Made by a program: the position numbers and the translations under genes. A DNA stretch of 64,000 bases from an uncultured Methanosarcinales archaeon (GTDB lineage Archaea; Nanobdellota; Nanobdellia; Woesearchaeales; DSVV01), in NCBI GenBank assembly GCA_964453185.1, contig CAYVNN010000002.1, positions 340,444 through 404,443 on the forward strand, written 5' to 3'. This document shows, piece by piece, positions 9,448-19,206 of this stretch. The notes beneath the pieces are model-generated. The model was given only the letters and a program-made list of their open reading frames with translations, ran no database searches and was not told where the DNA came from. Each line of letters begins with the position of its first letter. The stretch's first letter is position 1.

Positions 9448-9800
9448 GTATAGATCTTTAATTTATTTTTGACTAATTTCATGTCTTTCTTTAATACATG
9501 AACATCAGTTTTCATATCATAAAACTCATTCTTAAATGATTTAAAATCAGAAGCCATTGAATAGAATTGTCTTGTGAACAAATCAAATTTACCATCAAGT
9601 TTACCAAGTTTCCTAAAAATCACAAACCCTCCACCTACCACTACAGCCATCATTGAGATCACTAATCCTGTTAACAATTCAATAGCAGTAGGACTGTGTC
9701 CAGTCAATATTAATATTAACATATATAATGAAATGATTAAATAAACCCAAGAAATGAGCTTTATTCCTATTATGATCCATTCTTTTAATTCTTCTTTCAT
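9444..9800 (-). CDS. Small membrane protein with C-terminal coiled coil
   Basis: Two TM helices, GHSPT loop and coiled-coil tail. ATG at 9800 preferred over the longer ORF. Confidence 0.65.
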   Translation of the reverse strand: MKEELKEWIIIGIKLISWVYLIISLYMLILILTGHSPTAIELLTGLVISMMAVVVGGGFVIFRKLGKLDGKFDLFTRQFYSMASDFKSFKNEFYDMKTDVHVLKKDMKLVKNKLKIYT

Positions 9801-10149
9801 TATTCTAAGCCTACAATTAATCCAATTGTTAATAATATCATCATCAGGACCCACAACCCGACAGTTATTGGATCCATTGGATTTAGCATAAAATCCTTAA
9901 ATTTTGCTACAAGTGTCATATTACTAAGTAAGCATTAATTCTTAATAAAGTTTACTGCATATTTTCCGGATGTTTTCTGTCGTCATTCGGATGAATTAAC
10001 AGAAGTTTTGATAGTTCTTCCGGACAATACATCTCTTAAAACTTTTTATTGAAAATCTCGCAAAGATTTTTAATCCCAAAATCCAAACTAGTTCGGATTT
10101 TGTTATCATAAAATAGCAAAGTTTATATAGTGGGACCTAGTGCCTAACT

Positions 10150-10686
10150 TTGATGGCTTTTATACGTATTAAGAACATAAAAAACAACAAATATGCTTAT
10201 CTTGTTGAGAATACTTGGACTAATAAAGGTACAAGGCAAAAGGTCAAGGCTTATCTAGGCAAAGTTCTAGACTTAAAACTAATCAATCAACTTGATTTTG
10301 ACGAGTTCATATCAAAATTCAAACTAAAGAACACAACTCCAAAGGAGACCATTATTAATCTTATTCAATGGGAATTATACAGGCATGGATTTAAGCAAGG
10401 AACTAAAGATAAAAAACCTTGCTGGAAATATGATAAAATAACAGCATTTCCTGAGGACGGATTGATTAATATAAAAAAAAGAAATATTGTCTTAAACATA
10501 AATGATAATTTTATGTGTAATCATACATTAAACGCAATCCTTAATTTCTCCTCTGATTCAGATCAAGAGGAAGTTGCATTTGAATTAGCAGAAGCATTTG
10601 TTATTGCAGGAATACAGATACCAAAAGAAGTGTTCATTAATATTTATCAAAAGATCCATAAAAAAGATAGGACAAGAGTAAAATGA
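10150..10686 (+). CDS. Hypothetical protein with basic N-terminal beta-domain
   Basis: 178-aa ORF coupled to the kinase gene by an ATGA overlap. Confidence 0.7.
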   Translation: MMAFIRIKNIKNNKYAYLVENTWTNKGTRQKVKAYLGKVLDLKLINQLDFDEFISKFKLKNTTPKETIINLIQWELYRHGFKQGTKDKKPCWKYDKITAFPEDGLINIKKRNIVLNINDNFMCNHTLNAILNFSSDSDQEEVAFELAEAFVIAGIQIPKEVFINIYQKIHKKDRTRVK

Positions 10687-11168
10687 AGACAATCATTGTA
10701 TCAGGAACACCTTGTACAGGGAAAACAACTATAGCAAAGAAATTAGCTAAACTTCTTGGTTACAAATACATTGATGTTAAGAAAATAATTAAAGATAACA
10801 AACTCGAAGATTCTTATGATAAAGAAAGAAAATGTAAGGTTATTGATACAAAGAAATTAAACAAGTATCTAATCAAAGTAATCAAACAAGCAAAGAAAAA
10901 CAAAGAATCATTATTTATAGATTCCCATCTTGCACACCACCTAGATCCAAAACAAGTAGACAAGTGCATAATAACTAAATGTAACTTAAAAACACTAAAA
11001 TCAAGGCTTAAAAGAAGAAAATACTCCAAAGATAAAATAAGAGAAAACTTAGATTGTGAGATATTTGATATATGTTACAATGAAGCCAAAGATAATGGCC
11101 ATGATATACTAATCATAGAAACAGACAAGGGAGCAGATTACGTAAAAAGAGTTTTGGTTGGATTATAA
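10683..11168 (+). CDS. Adenylate kinase, AK6/Fap7 family
   Basis: P-loop SGTPCTGKT, DSH motif and KIRENLDCE. Confidence 0.88.
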   Translation: MKTIIVSGTPCTGKTTIAKKLAKLLGYKYIDVKKIIKDNKLEDSYDKERKCKVIDTKKLNKYLIKVIKQAKKNKESLFIDSHLAHHLDPKQVDKCIITKCNLKTLKSRLKRRKYSKDKIRENLDCEIFDICYNEAKDNGHDILIIETDKGADYVKRVLVGL

Positions 11169-11227
11169 GTACTATTGAGTGGTAACTAATCGAAATATTT
11201 ATAAATGACTAGATTTCTATTGGATAT

Positions 11228-11830
11228 ATGGATTCGAATACAGGCTTAATTGGGCTTGATAAAGTTCTTGAGGGAAGAGTTGAAGTAATTGATAGTTTAG
11301 ATACATTAAATACTTTGGAAATTGAACCAAGAAAAGTATATTGGTTAAGAGGAAGTCCTAGAAAATCTAACAAAAACCTTCTGATTTTATATCAAACAAA
11401 AGCAGACAATCCATTTGGTTTTGATTATGATGTAATTCCTTATGGAAGACCACAAGGGCTACTTACTGAGATGGAATTAGATCTAAAAGATGGATTTATT
11501 TCATTAAGACACGGTGGAAAGGGTGCTATTCATTTAGATAGGTTAGCAGATTTAAGATATTTGGGCATGATGCAAGAATTAGATCAAAGGTTACATCTTG
11601 ATAGGGATGTATCTAAACCAGAAGAATGGCCAATAAATGATATGGTCTTTACATATTTTGATGCAATTTTACAGTATATTGAAGATCGTGATATTGCTCA
11701 TTTAGATATTGTACTTGTTTCTTCAGGATTAAATATAGATCATGCTCGTGGTATGCTTCTATCAAATCATTATTCTAATCATTTTAGGCAACAGACAACT
11801 ATGTTTGCCCGGCAATTAACTCAAAGGTAA
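11228..11830 (+). CDS. Hypothetical protein
   Basis: 200-aa ORF with an upstream TATA-like tttataaa. Confidence 0.6.
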   Translation: MDSNTGLIGLDKVLEGRVEVIDSLDTLNTLEIEPRKVYWLRGSPRKSNKNLLILYQTKADNPFGFDYDVIPYGRPQGLLTEMELDLKDGFISLRHGGKGAIHLDRLADLRYLGMMQELDQRLHLDRDVSKPEEWPINDMVFTYFDAILQYIEDRDIAHLDIVLVSSGLNIDHARGMLLSNHYSNHFRQQTTMFARQLTQR

Positions 11831-11893
11831 TATTACTCCATCTATCCAAAAGATTTAAATAATCCCTCAGCTAGAATAATACTTAGGGGGAAA

Positions 11894-12784
11894 ATGGGCA
11901 TATTAGATTTATTTAAAAAAGAGGAAACTAATGCAAGCACAGAGTTAGTTAAATCTAAATTTGATAGGCTGCATCAAGGATTGATTGCTTCTTTTTCTGC
12001 AGTAAAGACAGATATTGCTAAACAAGCAGAATGGATAGGTTATTTACATAAAACTAATGGCAATCTTCAAAAGCTTCATTTAGATCATAAAGATGATATA
12101 AGGGGAGATGTTAAGAAGATCAATAAATGGATTAGTTATATTAACAGTTCTCATAAGAAACAGGTTGAAGATTTTAAAGAACTAGAAAACTATGTAATTG
12201 AAGCAGTCACATTATATAATAAACATATTCTTGAATTATACAAACAAGTTAATGATAATAAGAAAGATAATGATTTAGAAGGATTAAGGCAAAATGTCTT
12301 AACTCAAGTAAGGGATTTATTGGATGAATATAATCAACAATCTAAAAAGCACATGCAGCTTCATAAGGATGATCTTCATGAACAACTACAACAAGCAGTA
12401 AAACATCGTGTTAAGGAACATGCAGCAGATATTCAAAAAGAGGTCCAAGCTAAGCTAAAAGAGATTAAGGTTAAGGAACCAGAACCAATAATTCCTAAGC
12501 CAATGATTGAACAAGAACCAAAGGTTATCCATCATTATTCTCATACTGTTTTAAGCAATCCAGAGCAAAAGTTATTGACTTTGTTATTCAATGGATCTGA
12601 ACCTTTATCATATCAAATGATTTCAGACAAAACAGGTCATAGTATTAATACTGTCCGAGTCAATATGAATTCTTTGAAAAAGAAGGGCTTAATCGAAGAA
12701 AACATGCTTCCTTCTGGTGTGAAGTTATTTAACATTAAAAATAAGGAAAAGATCAAGAAAATGTATAATCTTGAAGTAGTTTAA
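11894..12784 (+). CDS. Coiled-coil protein with C-terminal winged helix
   Basis: Helical N-terminus; LSYQMISDKTGHSINTVRVNMNSLKKKGLIEE wHTH. Confidence 0.8.
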   Translation: MGILDLFKKEETNASTELVKSKFDRLHQGLIASFSAVKTDIAKQAEWIGYLHKTNGNLQKLHLDHKDDIRGDVKKINKWISYINSSHKKQVEDFKELENYVIEAVTLYNKHILELYKQVNDNKKDNDLEGLRQNVLTQVRDLLDEYNQQSKKHMQLHKDDLHEQLQQAVKHRVKEHAADIQKEVQAKLKEIKVKEPEPIIPKPMIEQEPKVIHHYSHTVLSNPEQKLLTLLFNGSEPLSYQMISDKTGHSINTVRVNMNSLKKKGLIEENMLPSGVKLFNIKNKEKIKKMYNLEVV

Positions 12785-12808
12785 TTCTTTTATTATTAAT
12801 TTTTATAA

Positions 12809-13612
12809 GTGGGTGTTGATTTCTTTTTTGATATGATAATTCGTGGGGCAGATATAAAAAATAAAATTGTAGATATGTACTATCTTAAAGGATTAGGACT
12901 CAAAGAAGTGGCAGATCATTTTGGTGTTTCTCCTAATAATGCTTATTCAATGTTAAGGAAAGGGAGAGAAATGCGTTTAGATGGACTTACTCAAGAAGAA
13001 TATGTTCAACTATTAAAAAAAAGGGTGGAAAGAAGAAATGCTTCATTTTCTGATTTATTAAAATTAAGAGAACGTTCACCTTACCCAAATGGATCTTATG
13101 TTTTAAAAGTTAGAAGAAGTCCTCCTTGTTTTTCTACTACTATGTGGGATGAAGAAGTATTTGATATGTTGATAGAGATGGCAATTGATTTTCTTACTCC
13201 AGCACAAAGGAGGGTAATGGTTCCATTGTTCTATGAAACCCCTATTTCAGAAATAGAAGATAAGTATAAAAAAGCAAATGTTTCCAGAAATTATGCCAGG
13301 GCTAACAGTAGATTATTAAATTTTCTTCTTGGTAGGGATACAGTAATATTTGGGAGAACAGATGTAGGTGTTGGATATAGGGCAGTATCTTCTGAAATAG
13401 ATTCTTTATCATTATATTCTCTTCTTGAAGAAATCTCAGTAGAATTATCTCCAAAAGATAGAGAAACAATGATCTATGTCTATTTTAAGGGTTATTCTCA
13501 AAATAAATTTGCTTATGAAGCAGGCAGAAGTGAATCTGCGGTGCAGAGATCTTTAAGTCGTGTAAATATATTTATAAAAAAATCTTTGAAAAGATTAGTT
13601 TACCCATTATAA
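12809..13612 (+). CDS. Protein with repeated sigma-70 region 4-like HTH modules
   Basis: GLGLKEVADHFGVS, LTPAQRRVM and LSPKDRETM...GYSQNKFAYEAGRSESAVQRSLSR. Confidence 0.65.
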   Translation: MGVDFFFDMIIRGADIKNKIVDMYYLKGLGLKEVADHFGVSPNNAYSMLRKGREMRLDGLTQEEYVQLLKKRVERRNASFSDLLKLRERSPYPNGSYVLKVRRSPPCFSTTMWDEEVFDMLIEMAIDFLTPAQRRVMVPLFYETPISEIEDKYKKANVSRNYARANSRLLNFLLGRDTVIFGRTDVGVGYRAVSSEIDSLSLYSLLEEISVELSPKDRETMIYVYFKGYSQNKFAYEAGRSESAVQRSLSRVNIFIKKSLKRLVYPL

Positions 13613-13992
13613 TGCATTATAATGCCTTCTCTGGGCTTCTTCTTTAATAATTCGCAATATGCATTGGATGCATTGGCAATGTTTACAACATTGAAAATAC
13701 AATGGATATAATGCATTTGCCGGATATATTCTATGTATTTCGTAATATTTCCGAGCTAAATATAACTTTTCAAATCTCTCTTTTTATCTCCTTTTTCATC
13801 AACTCTCAATTTATATCTCACTTTATGTGTGGAATTAAATAACTTATTATCTTATTATACATATTTCTCTTCCTTCTAATTATTCATATTAAAAATAGCT
13901 TCTTTATTTTTTGAATAAAAAACACATGTCCATTGCAATGCATTGCAATGTCCATTGCAACGCATTACAATGCATTATAATGCATTGCAATG
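13605..13992. repeat. Two clusters of the 10-bp palindrome CATTRYAATG flanking an AT-rich stretch
   Basis: Two tandem units at 13605-13624, degenerate units to about 13720, and six near-tandem units at 13931-13992. Confidence 0.85.
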
Positions 13993-14173
13993 CCCAAATC
14001 AGAAAAAATAGCTAAAAATTACGTATTTTACACTCATTTTCAAGAAAATCATCAAAAATACCTAAAAAATGAGCTATTTTGGGCAAAAAACATGCTTAAA
14101 GTGAGACTTAATACCAAAAAAACAGAAAAATTACATATATTTATGATAATTTTGTCTCATTCACACATAAAAT

Positions 14174-15334
14174 CTACGCAAGAACTTCTCCCAAAACTCT
14201 AACAACTTCATCAATATCTTCTTTAGAAATCACCAAGGGCGGCAATAACCTTATGCCTGTCAATCCTGCAATATTTGCCATAATCCCTCGTTCCATTAAT
14301 GCCTTCAAATAAGGTGTAGGTCTTTCTTTTAAATCAACAGCTATCATCAATCCAATTCCTCTAATTTCCTTAATCCTTGGACTATCAATCTTCCTTAACT
14401 CAGCAAGCAAATATTCTCCATTTTTTCTACTTTGCTCAACTAAATTCTTATCTTTAATAAAATCAATAACAGCTGATCCAGCTGCGCATGCGATTGGATT
14501 TCCACCAAAAGTAGTACCATGCATCATTCTTGGAATTTGGATTTTATCATTTATAGCAACAGCTCCCATTGCTATTCCTCCAGCTATTGACTTTGCCATT
14601 GTTATGATATCAGGAACTATTCCAGCATGTTCGCATGCAAAGAATTTACCTGTCCTTCCAAATCCAGTTTGAACTTCATCAATAACTAATATGATTCCTT
14701 TCTCATCACATAATTTTCTAACTTGTTTAAAATATTCCCAATCTCCTAAGATAATACCACCTTCGCCTTGGACTATTTCTAATATTATTGCTGCAGTGTT
14801 TTCACTAACATTATTCCTTAAATCTTCAATATCATTATAATTAACAAACTTGAATCCTTCTAATAATGGCATGAATGGTTTTCTATATTTTGGCTTATGT
14901 GTAGCACTCAATGCCCCCATTGTTCTTCCATGGAAACCTTTCTTTGCAGATATTATTTCTGTCCTTCCTGTAGCTACTCTTGCAAACTTGATTGCTGCTT
15001 CATTTGCTTCTGCCCCAGAATTACAAAGAAAGAATCTATTCAAACTTTCAGGTGTAACACTATTTAATTTCTCTAAGAATATTGCTCTAGCATCATTATA
15101 GAATATTTCAATACTAGTAATTATCTTTTGACTTTGTTCATTGATAGCTTTAATTACATATTCATTACAATGTCCAACATTAACACTACCAATTCCACTA
15201 ACACAATCAATATACTTCTTTCCATCAGAGTCATATATGTAGGCACCATGCCCCTTTACTATTGCAACCTCTCTTTTTGGATAAACTCCTGATGTGTATC
15301 TTCCTTCTATTTTGATTATATCTTTTGTATTCAT
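14174..15334 (-). CDS. lysJ: [LysW]-aminoadipate semialdehyde transaminase (class III PLP aminotransferase)
   Basis: NSGAEANEAAIK, GFHGRT, DEVQTGFGRTG and TMAKS motifs; lysW operon context. Start chosen after the GGTGA SD. Confidence 0.92.
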   Translation of the reverse strand: MNTKDIIKIEGRYTSGVYPKREVAIVKGHGAYIYDSDGKKYIDCVSGIGSVNVGHCNEYVIKAINEQSQKIITSIEIFYNDARAIFLEKLNSVTPESLNRFFLCNSGAEANEAAIKFARVATGRTEIISAKKGFHGRTMGALSATHKPKYRKPFMPLLEGFKFVNYNDIEDLRNNVSENTAAIILEIVQGEGGIILGDWEYFKQVRKLCDEKGIILVIDEVQTGFGRTGKFFACEHAGIVPDIITMAKSIAGGIAMGAVAINDKIQIPRMMHGTTFGGNPIACAAGSAVIDFIKDKNLVEQSRKNGEYLLAELRKIDSPRIKEIRGIGLMIAVDLKERPTPYLKALMERGIMANIAGLTGIRLLPPLVISKEDIDEVVRVLGEVLA

Positions 15335-15368
15335 TTTTTCACCCATTGCATTAGATCCAGCACCTTTG

Positions 15369-15501
15369 GCATTTGTACTGGCGCCAAAGGCACATATTTT
15401 ACGTAGTAAAATATCTCGTGTGCCGTGCTCCAGTACAGATGCATTAATCGTTTTATGTTTTGGCTTAAATGCATTTTTTGTATTGAGTCAGAGCCACTGT
15501 G
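15369..15501. repeat. Family-1 hairpin element (15369-15442) followed by an orphan right arm (15483-15501)
   Basis: Arms gcatttgtactgg / ccagtacagatgc. ttgagtcagagcc is shared with the element at 19398-19507. Confidence 0.8.
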
Positions 15502-15507
15502 ACATTA

Positions 15508-16299
15508 TTATTCAATTACAGTTCCATTTCCATTTAACGCATTTGTTACAGGATCTTCAACATTAGCAGATGCAAATATAACTCTTTTCACACCACCATC
15601 TAATGCTTCTTGTGCTCCCATTACTTTCTTCTTCATTGTGCCTTTTGCATATTCCATGCATTTATCTAACTCATTTCTATCAATATTCTTAATTAAACTG
15701 TTTGGATCATTAACATCTTTTAATAATCCTGGAACATTTGAAAATAATATTAATGTCTCTGCTTCTAATGATTGAGCAATTAATGATGCCATCCTATCTC
15801 CATCAATATTTATTGGTTCATTTTCATAACTAATTGCAGGTGGAGTTACTACTGGCATAAATCCATTATTCATTAGTAATTTTAATAATTCTACATTAAC
15901 TTTCTCAGGTTTACCTGTATATTGGTCTCTTAGCAACATCTTTTTTCCGTTTTCCATTATTTTTAATGTGGCTTTTCTCTTTCCTTCAACCAGTCTTCCA
16001 TCCATTCCTGACAATCCAATAGCATTAACACCAAAGTTTTGCATTTTTTCAACAATCATCTTATTCATTTTACCACAATATGCCATTTGGAACATTTCAA
16101 TGGTTTCTCTATCTGTAGCTCTACTTGTATATCCACTTACAGATTTAACCCATCTTGGTGGTTTACTTAATCCTTCAGATAACTTTCTTAACTCTTCTTT
16201 CCCACCATGTACTAAGATAAAATTCTCATGTCTAACTAAATCTGCTAGTAGATTATCATAATCTATTCCTTCTGCTCCTCCAACTTTAACTATTATCAT
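15508..16299 (-). CDS. lysZ: [LysW]-aminoadipate/glutamate kinase
   Basis: MIIVKVGG, LVHGG, GLSGMDG, NIDGDR and GTMKKK motifs; GGTGAT SD before ATG 16299. Confidence 0.93.
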   Translation of the reverse strand: MIIVKVGGAEGIDYDNLLADLVRHENFILVHGGKEELRKLSEGLSKPPRWVKSVSGYTSRATDRETIEMFQMAYCGKMNKMIVEKMQNFGVNAIGLSGMDGRLVEGKRKATLKIMENGKKMLLRDQYTGKPEKVNVELLKLLMNNGFMPVVTPPAISYENEPINIDGDRMASLIAQSLEAETLILFSNVPGLLKDVNDPNSLIKNIDRNELDKCMEYAKGTMKKKVMGAQEALDGGVKRVIFASANVEDPVTNALNGNGTVIE

Positions 16300-16315
16300 T
16301 CTATCACCATTTCCA

Positions 16316-16427
16316 GCATTTGTACTAGCGCCTTGACTCCACATTGAATAACACATTAATTCGCACTAAAAGTCGCGTTGCGTTATTCTTATTTCACTTA
16401 GTGCCAGAGTCGCTCTAGTACAAGTGC
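16316..16427. repeat. Family-1 hairpin element, flanked by a 13-bp direct repeat (16298-16310 / 16434-16446)
   Basis: gcatttgtactag-c-gc-ctt-gactc ... ca-gagtc-gc-t-ctagtacaagtgc; attctatcaccat occurs on both sides. Confidence 0.85.
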
Positions 16428-16451
16428 GTACTTATTCTATCACCATCAATT

Positions 16452-16562
16452 GCATTAATACCATCGCCTTGGCTCACTATATTATTAAAACATAATATAG
16501 CGTAAGGATACGGATCGTACTTATACTATATTATAATATCAGAGCCGCTGTGGTATTAATGC
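16452..16562. repeat. Family-1 hairpin element
   Basis: gcattaatacca-tc-gc-ctt-ggctc ... ca-gagcc-gc-tg-tggtattaatgc. Confidence 0.85.
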
Positions 16563-16564
16563 TT

Positions 16565-17200
16565 TTACTTTATTTCTTTTAATTCTCCATTTCTCATTAT
16601 TTTCTTAGTTAAATCTAAAAACTTTTCTGAACATACTATTCCATTTCCATATCTTATCTGAAAAAAGTCTTGTTCTTCTGAATATTTACAATAAACAAAT
16701 GTTTTTTCTTTGTTTGATATAATTATGTTCAATGCTCTGATATATCTTGTATGATCTTCTATATATTTGATTGCTTCTCTAACTCCTTCTTCAAATCCAT
16801 TCCTATCTATAAAACCTAAAAATATATTAAATATCTTATGTGCTCCTGTTTCACCTTCTGCTTTCATTCTAACTCCTTTCAATCTTCCATTGAATGCAAA
16901 AGCATACTCACCTGAAACAAAAGGCATATTATTTTCTTCATTGATTGTATGCAATCGGAGTGCATCTCTAACATGAGCAATCATCATCTTTGTTTTCATG
17001 TTCATCTTTTCTATGTCACATTTCCACATTGCTTTAACATCTCGATGTAGTTGCCATTCATTATTCTCATCTAAATAACAAAATCCCCATCCATCTCCTT
17101 GATCATGTTTAGCATTCTTTGCTATGTTTGCAAATACATCTAAGTAAGGCTTTATATTAATCTCTTCTTCTTCTTTCTTTACAAATAATAATCTACACAT
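16565..17200 (-). CDS. Class II glutamine amidotransferase / Ntn-hydrolase (EgtC/YafJ-like)
   Basis: Likely start MCRLL (catalytic Cys1) after a GGTG SD; DGWG, AHVR, NNMPF, FAFNG and CSE motifs. Confidence 0.88.
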   Translation of the reverse strand: MCRLLFVKKEEEEINIKPYLDVFANIAKNAKHDQGDGWGFCYLDENNEWQLHRDVKAMWKCDIEKMNMKTKMMIAHVRDALRLHTINEENNMPFVSGEYAFAFNGRLKGVRMKAEGETGAHKIFNIFLGFIDRNGFEEGVREAIKYIEDHTRYIRALNIIISNKEKTFVYCKYSEEQDFFQIRYGNGIVCSEKFLDLTKKIMRNGELKEIK

Positions 17201-17217
17201 TTTTACACCATTGATAA

Positions 17218-17305
17218 TAATACCACTGCCTTGGCTCACTATATTATTAAAACATATAGTGCAAAGCATGACAAATGCTTTGTTCACCTTAAGGCAAAGG
17301 CAGTA
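17218..17305. repeat. Chimeric family-1 hairpin element
   Basis: The left 39 bp match 16456-16494 at 37/39. The right half is the reverse complement of about 28590-28635. Confidence 0.8.
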
Positions 17306-17312
17306 AAACACT

Positions 17313-18356
17313 TTAAACAGGATGTAATCCAATAAAATCTAATCCAACATTCTCTTCAAAACCACACATTAGGTTCATACATTGCAATGCTTGTCCTGCT
17401 GCACCTTTCATTAAATTATCAATTGCACTTATCACAATTAATCTATTACTATTCTTATCTTTAACAAAACCTATATCACAAAAGTTTGTTCCCATCACAA
17501 TCTTTGGTTCAGGTAATCTATAGATTCCTTCTCTTTCATTAACTATTCTAATAAAAGGACTATTTCCATATTCTTCTCTATAAACTTTCCACACATCTTT
17601 AACACTTGTATTTGGATCTTTCAAAAAAACATGGCATGTTGTTGAAACTCCTCTAACCATTTCAATAGATGTTGCACTAAAATGAATATTGTCAACATTA
17701 AGTTCTTGTAACATTTCAGCTATATGTCTATGACTATGTGGTTTGTAACATCTAACTACTCCCGATCTTTCTGGATGATGTGAGCCAGGATTAACTTTAA
17801 CTCCACCTTGTGATGACCCTGCTTTTGCTTCAACTACTGTTTTCTCTACTTCAATTAATCCATGTTTATACAAAGGATATAAAGCTAATATTGTTGCAGT
17901 CGCATTACATCCAGCTGAAGCTACATATTTTGCATTCTTGATTTCCTCTCTATGTAACTCAGGAATTCCATAAATAAATTTATTAATTAATTCAGGTCTT
18001 GGATGGTCATAGTTATACCACCTTTCATATGCTTCTTTACTACTTAATCTAAAATCTCCACCTTTATCAATTATCATGTCTGCTTTTGTCATTAAAAAGT
18101 CCATTTTCTCTGAACTAACTCCGTGAGGTAAACCTAAAAATAATACATCGACTTTTTCTAAGTCATTGATTGAACTAAACTTTAGCATTGTTTGTTTTCT
18201 TAAGTTGGGATGTAATTTATGTACAAACTTTCCTGTATTTGATTCAGATGTTGCTTGAACAATTTCAACATTCGGATGTCTAAGTAAAAGTCTTAATAAT
18301 TCTCCTCCCGTATATCCGCTTGCTCCAACAATTGAAACTCTTATTTTATCTTTCAT
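17313..18356 (-). CDS. lysY: [LysW]-aminoadipyl/glutamyl-phosphate reductase (ArgC family)
   Basis: [25 protein letters not shown] and [12 protein letters not shown]. Confidence 0.94.
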   Translation of the reverse strand: MKDKIRVSIVGASGYTGGELLRLLLRHPNVEIVQATSESNTGKFVHKLHPNLRKQTMLKFSSINDLEKVDVLFLGLPHGVSSEKMDFLMTKADMIIDKGGDFRLSSKEAYERWYNYDHPRPELINKFIYGIPELHREEIKNAKYVASAGCNATATILALYPLYKHGLIEVEKTVVEAKAGSSQGGVKVNPGSHHPERSGVVRCYKPHSHRHIAEMLQELNVDNIHFSATSIEMVRGVSTTCHVFLKDPNTSVKDVWKVYREEYGNSPFIRIVNEREGIYRLPEPKIVMGTNFCDIGFVKDKNSNRLIVISAIDNLMKGAAGQALQCMNLMCGFEENVGLDFIGLHPV

Positions 18357-19206
18357 CTTTTGCCACCTTTAAAACATAATCAACAACTTTTTCTGGAATA
18401 TTTACACCTGTTGTGTCTATACTATTTCTAAATTCCATTGTATAATTAACTTCATTAACAACTAATCCTTCTTCTGTTTCAAATAAATCAATTGCTACAA
18501 CACCACCACCTACTGCTTTTGCAGCTGCAACTGAAATTTCTGCCATTTCAGGTGTGACTGGACAATTTGTTGCTTTTCCTCCTCGTGAAGTATTTGTTAT
18601 CCAATGTTCAGATGTTCTATATATTGCTGCTATGCATTCATCACCAATAACAAAACTTCTAATATCTCTCTTCTTGGGTTTATCAATATGTTCTTGTATG
18701 TAAAAAATTGAATGATGATAACTACCTAATACTTGTTTATGTTCTAATATGCTTTCAGCAGTTTCTCTATCTTTAACTTTTGAAATTAATCTTCCCCATG
18801 AACCTACTGCGGGCTTTAAAACACAAGGATAACCTAATTTTTCCATTGCTTCTAAAGCAGATTCTGGTGTAAATGCAATAAAACAATTTGGAGTTGGCAC
18901 ATTATTTTTAATCAGTGCTTGTGTTGTTAAAAATTTGCTTCCACATACATCTGCAACTTTGTATGAATTTACAGTTTTTACACCTTTATCATTTAATATT
19001 TTTAATGCATGCAATGCTCTTGAATGATTAACACATCTTTCAATTACAACATCAACTTCATAATTAGGATTGTGTAAATCAAACATTATTTCTCTGTCAT
19101 CCATGTCAACTATCTCAACATTTTCTCTTTTCCTAAATTCATCTAGTAATAATTTTTCTTCTTTTCTAATTACTGATCTTAAAAAGCCAACTCTAATTTT
19201 TGTCAT
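18346..19206 (-). CDS. lysX: Alpha-aminoadipate/glutamate--LysW ligase (ATP-grasp)
   Basis: [23 protein letters not shown] and NEVNYTMEF; adjacent to lysW. Confidence 0.95.
   Translation of the reverse strand: MTKIRVGFLRSVIRKEEKLLLDEFRKRENVEIVDMDDREIMFDLHNPNYEVDVVIERCVNHSRALHALKILNDKGVKTVNSYKVADVCGSKFLTTQALIKNNVPTPNCFIAFTPESALEAMEKLGYPCVLKPAVGSWGRLISKVKDRETAESILEHKQVLGSYHHSIFYIQEHIDKPKKRDIRSFVIGDECIAAIYRTSEHWITNTSRGGKATNCPVTPEMAEISVAAAKAVGGGVVAIDLFETEEGLVVNEVNYTMEFRNSIDTTGVNIPEKVVDYVLKVAKDER

Noticed and set aside
10150-10686. IS1634-like transposase, suggested by the N-terminal YAYLVE...RQKV..YLGK
   Set aside because: It is too short, has no DDE domain or terminal repeats, and is coupled to a housekeeping kinase.
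13990-14202. 70-aa ORF after the palindrome array
   Set aside because: It is A-rich and low complexity, starts inside the repeat and overlaps the lysJ 3' end, so it is probably non-coding.
16300-17332. N-terminal extensions of lysZ (to 16356) and the Ntn hydrolase (to 17332) in the ORF track
   Set aside because: The extensions read through hairpin elements. SD sites and family N-termini (MIIVKVGG, MCRLL) support starts at 16299 and 17200.
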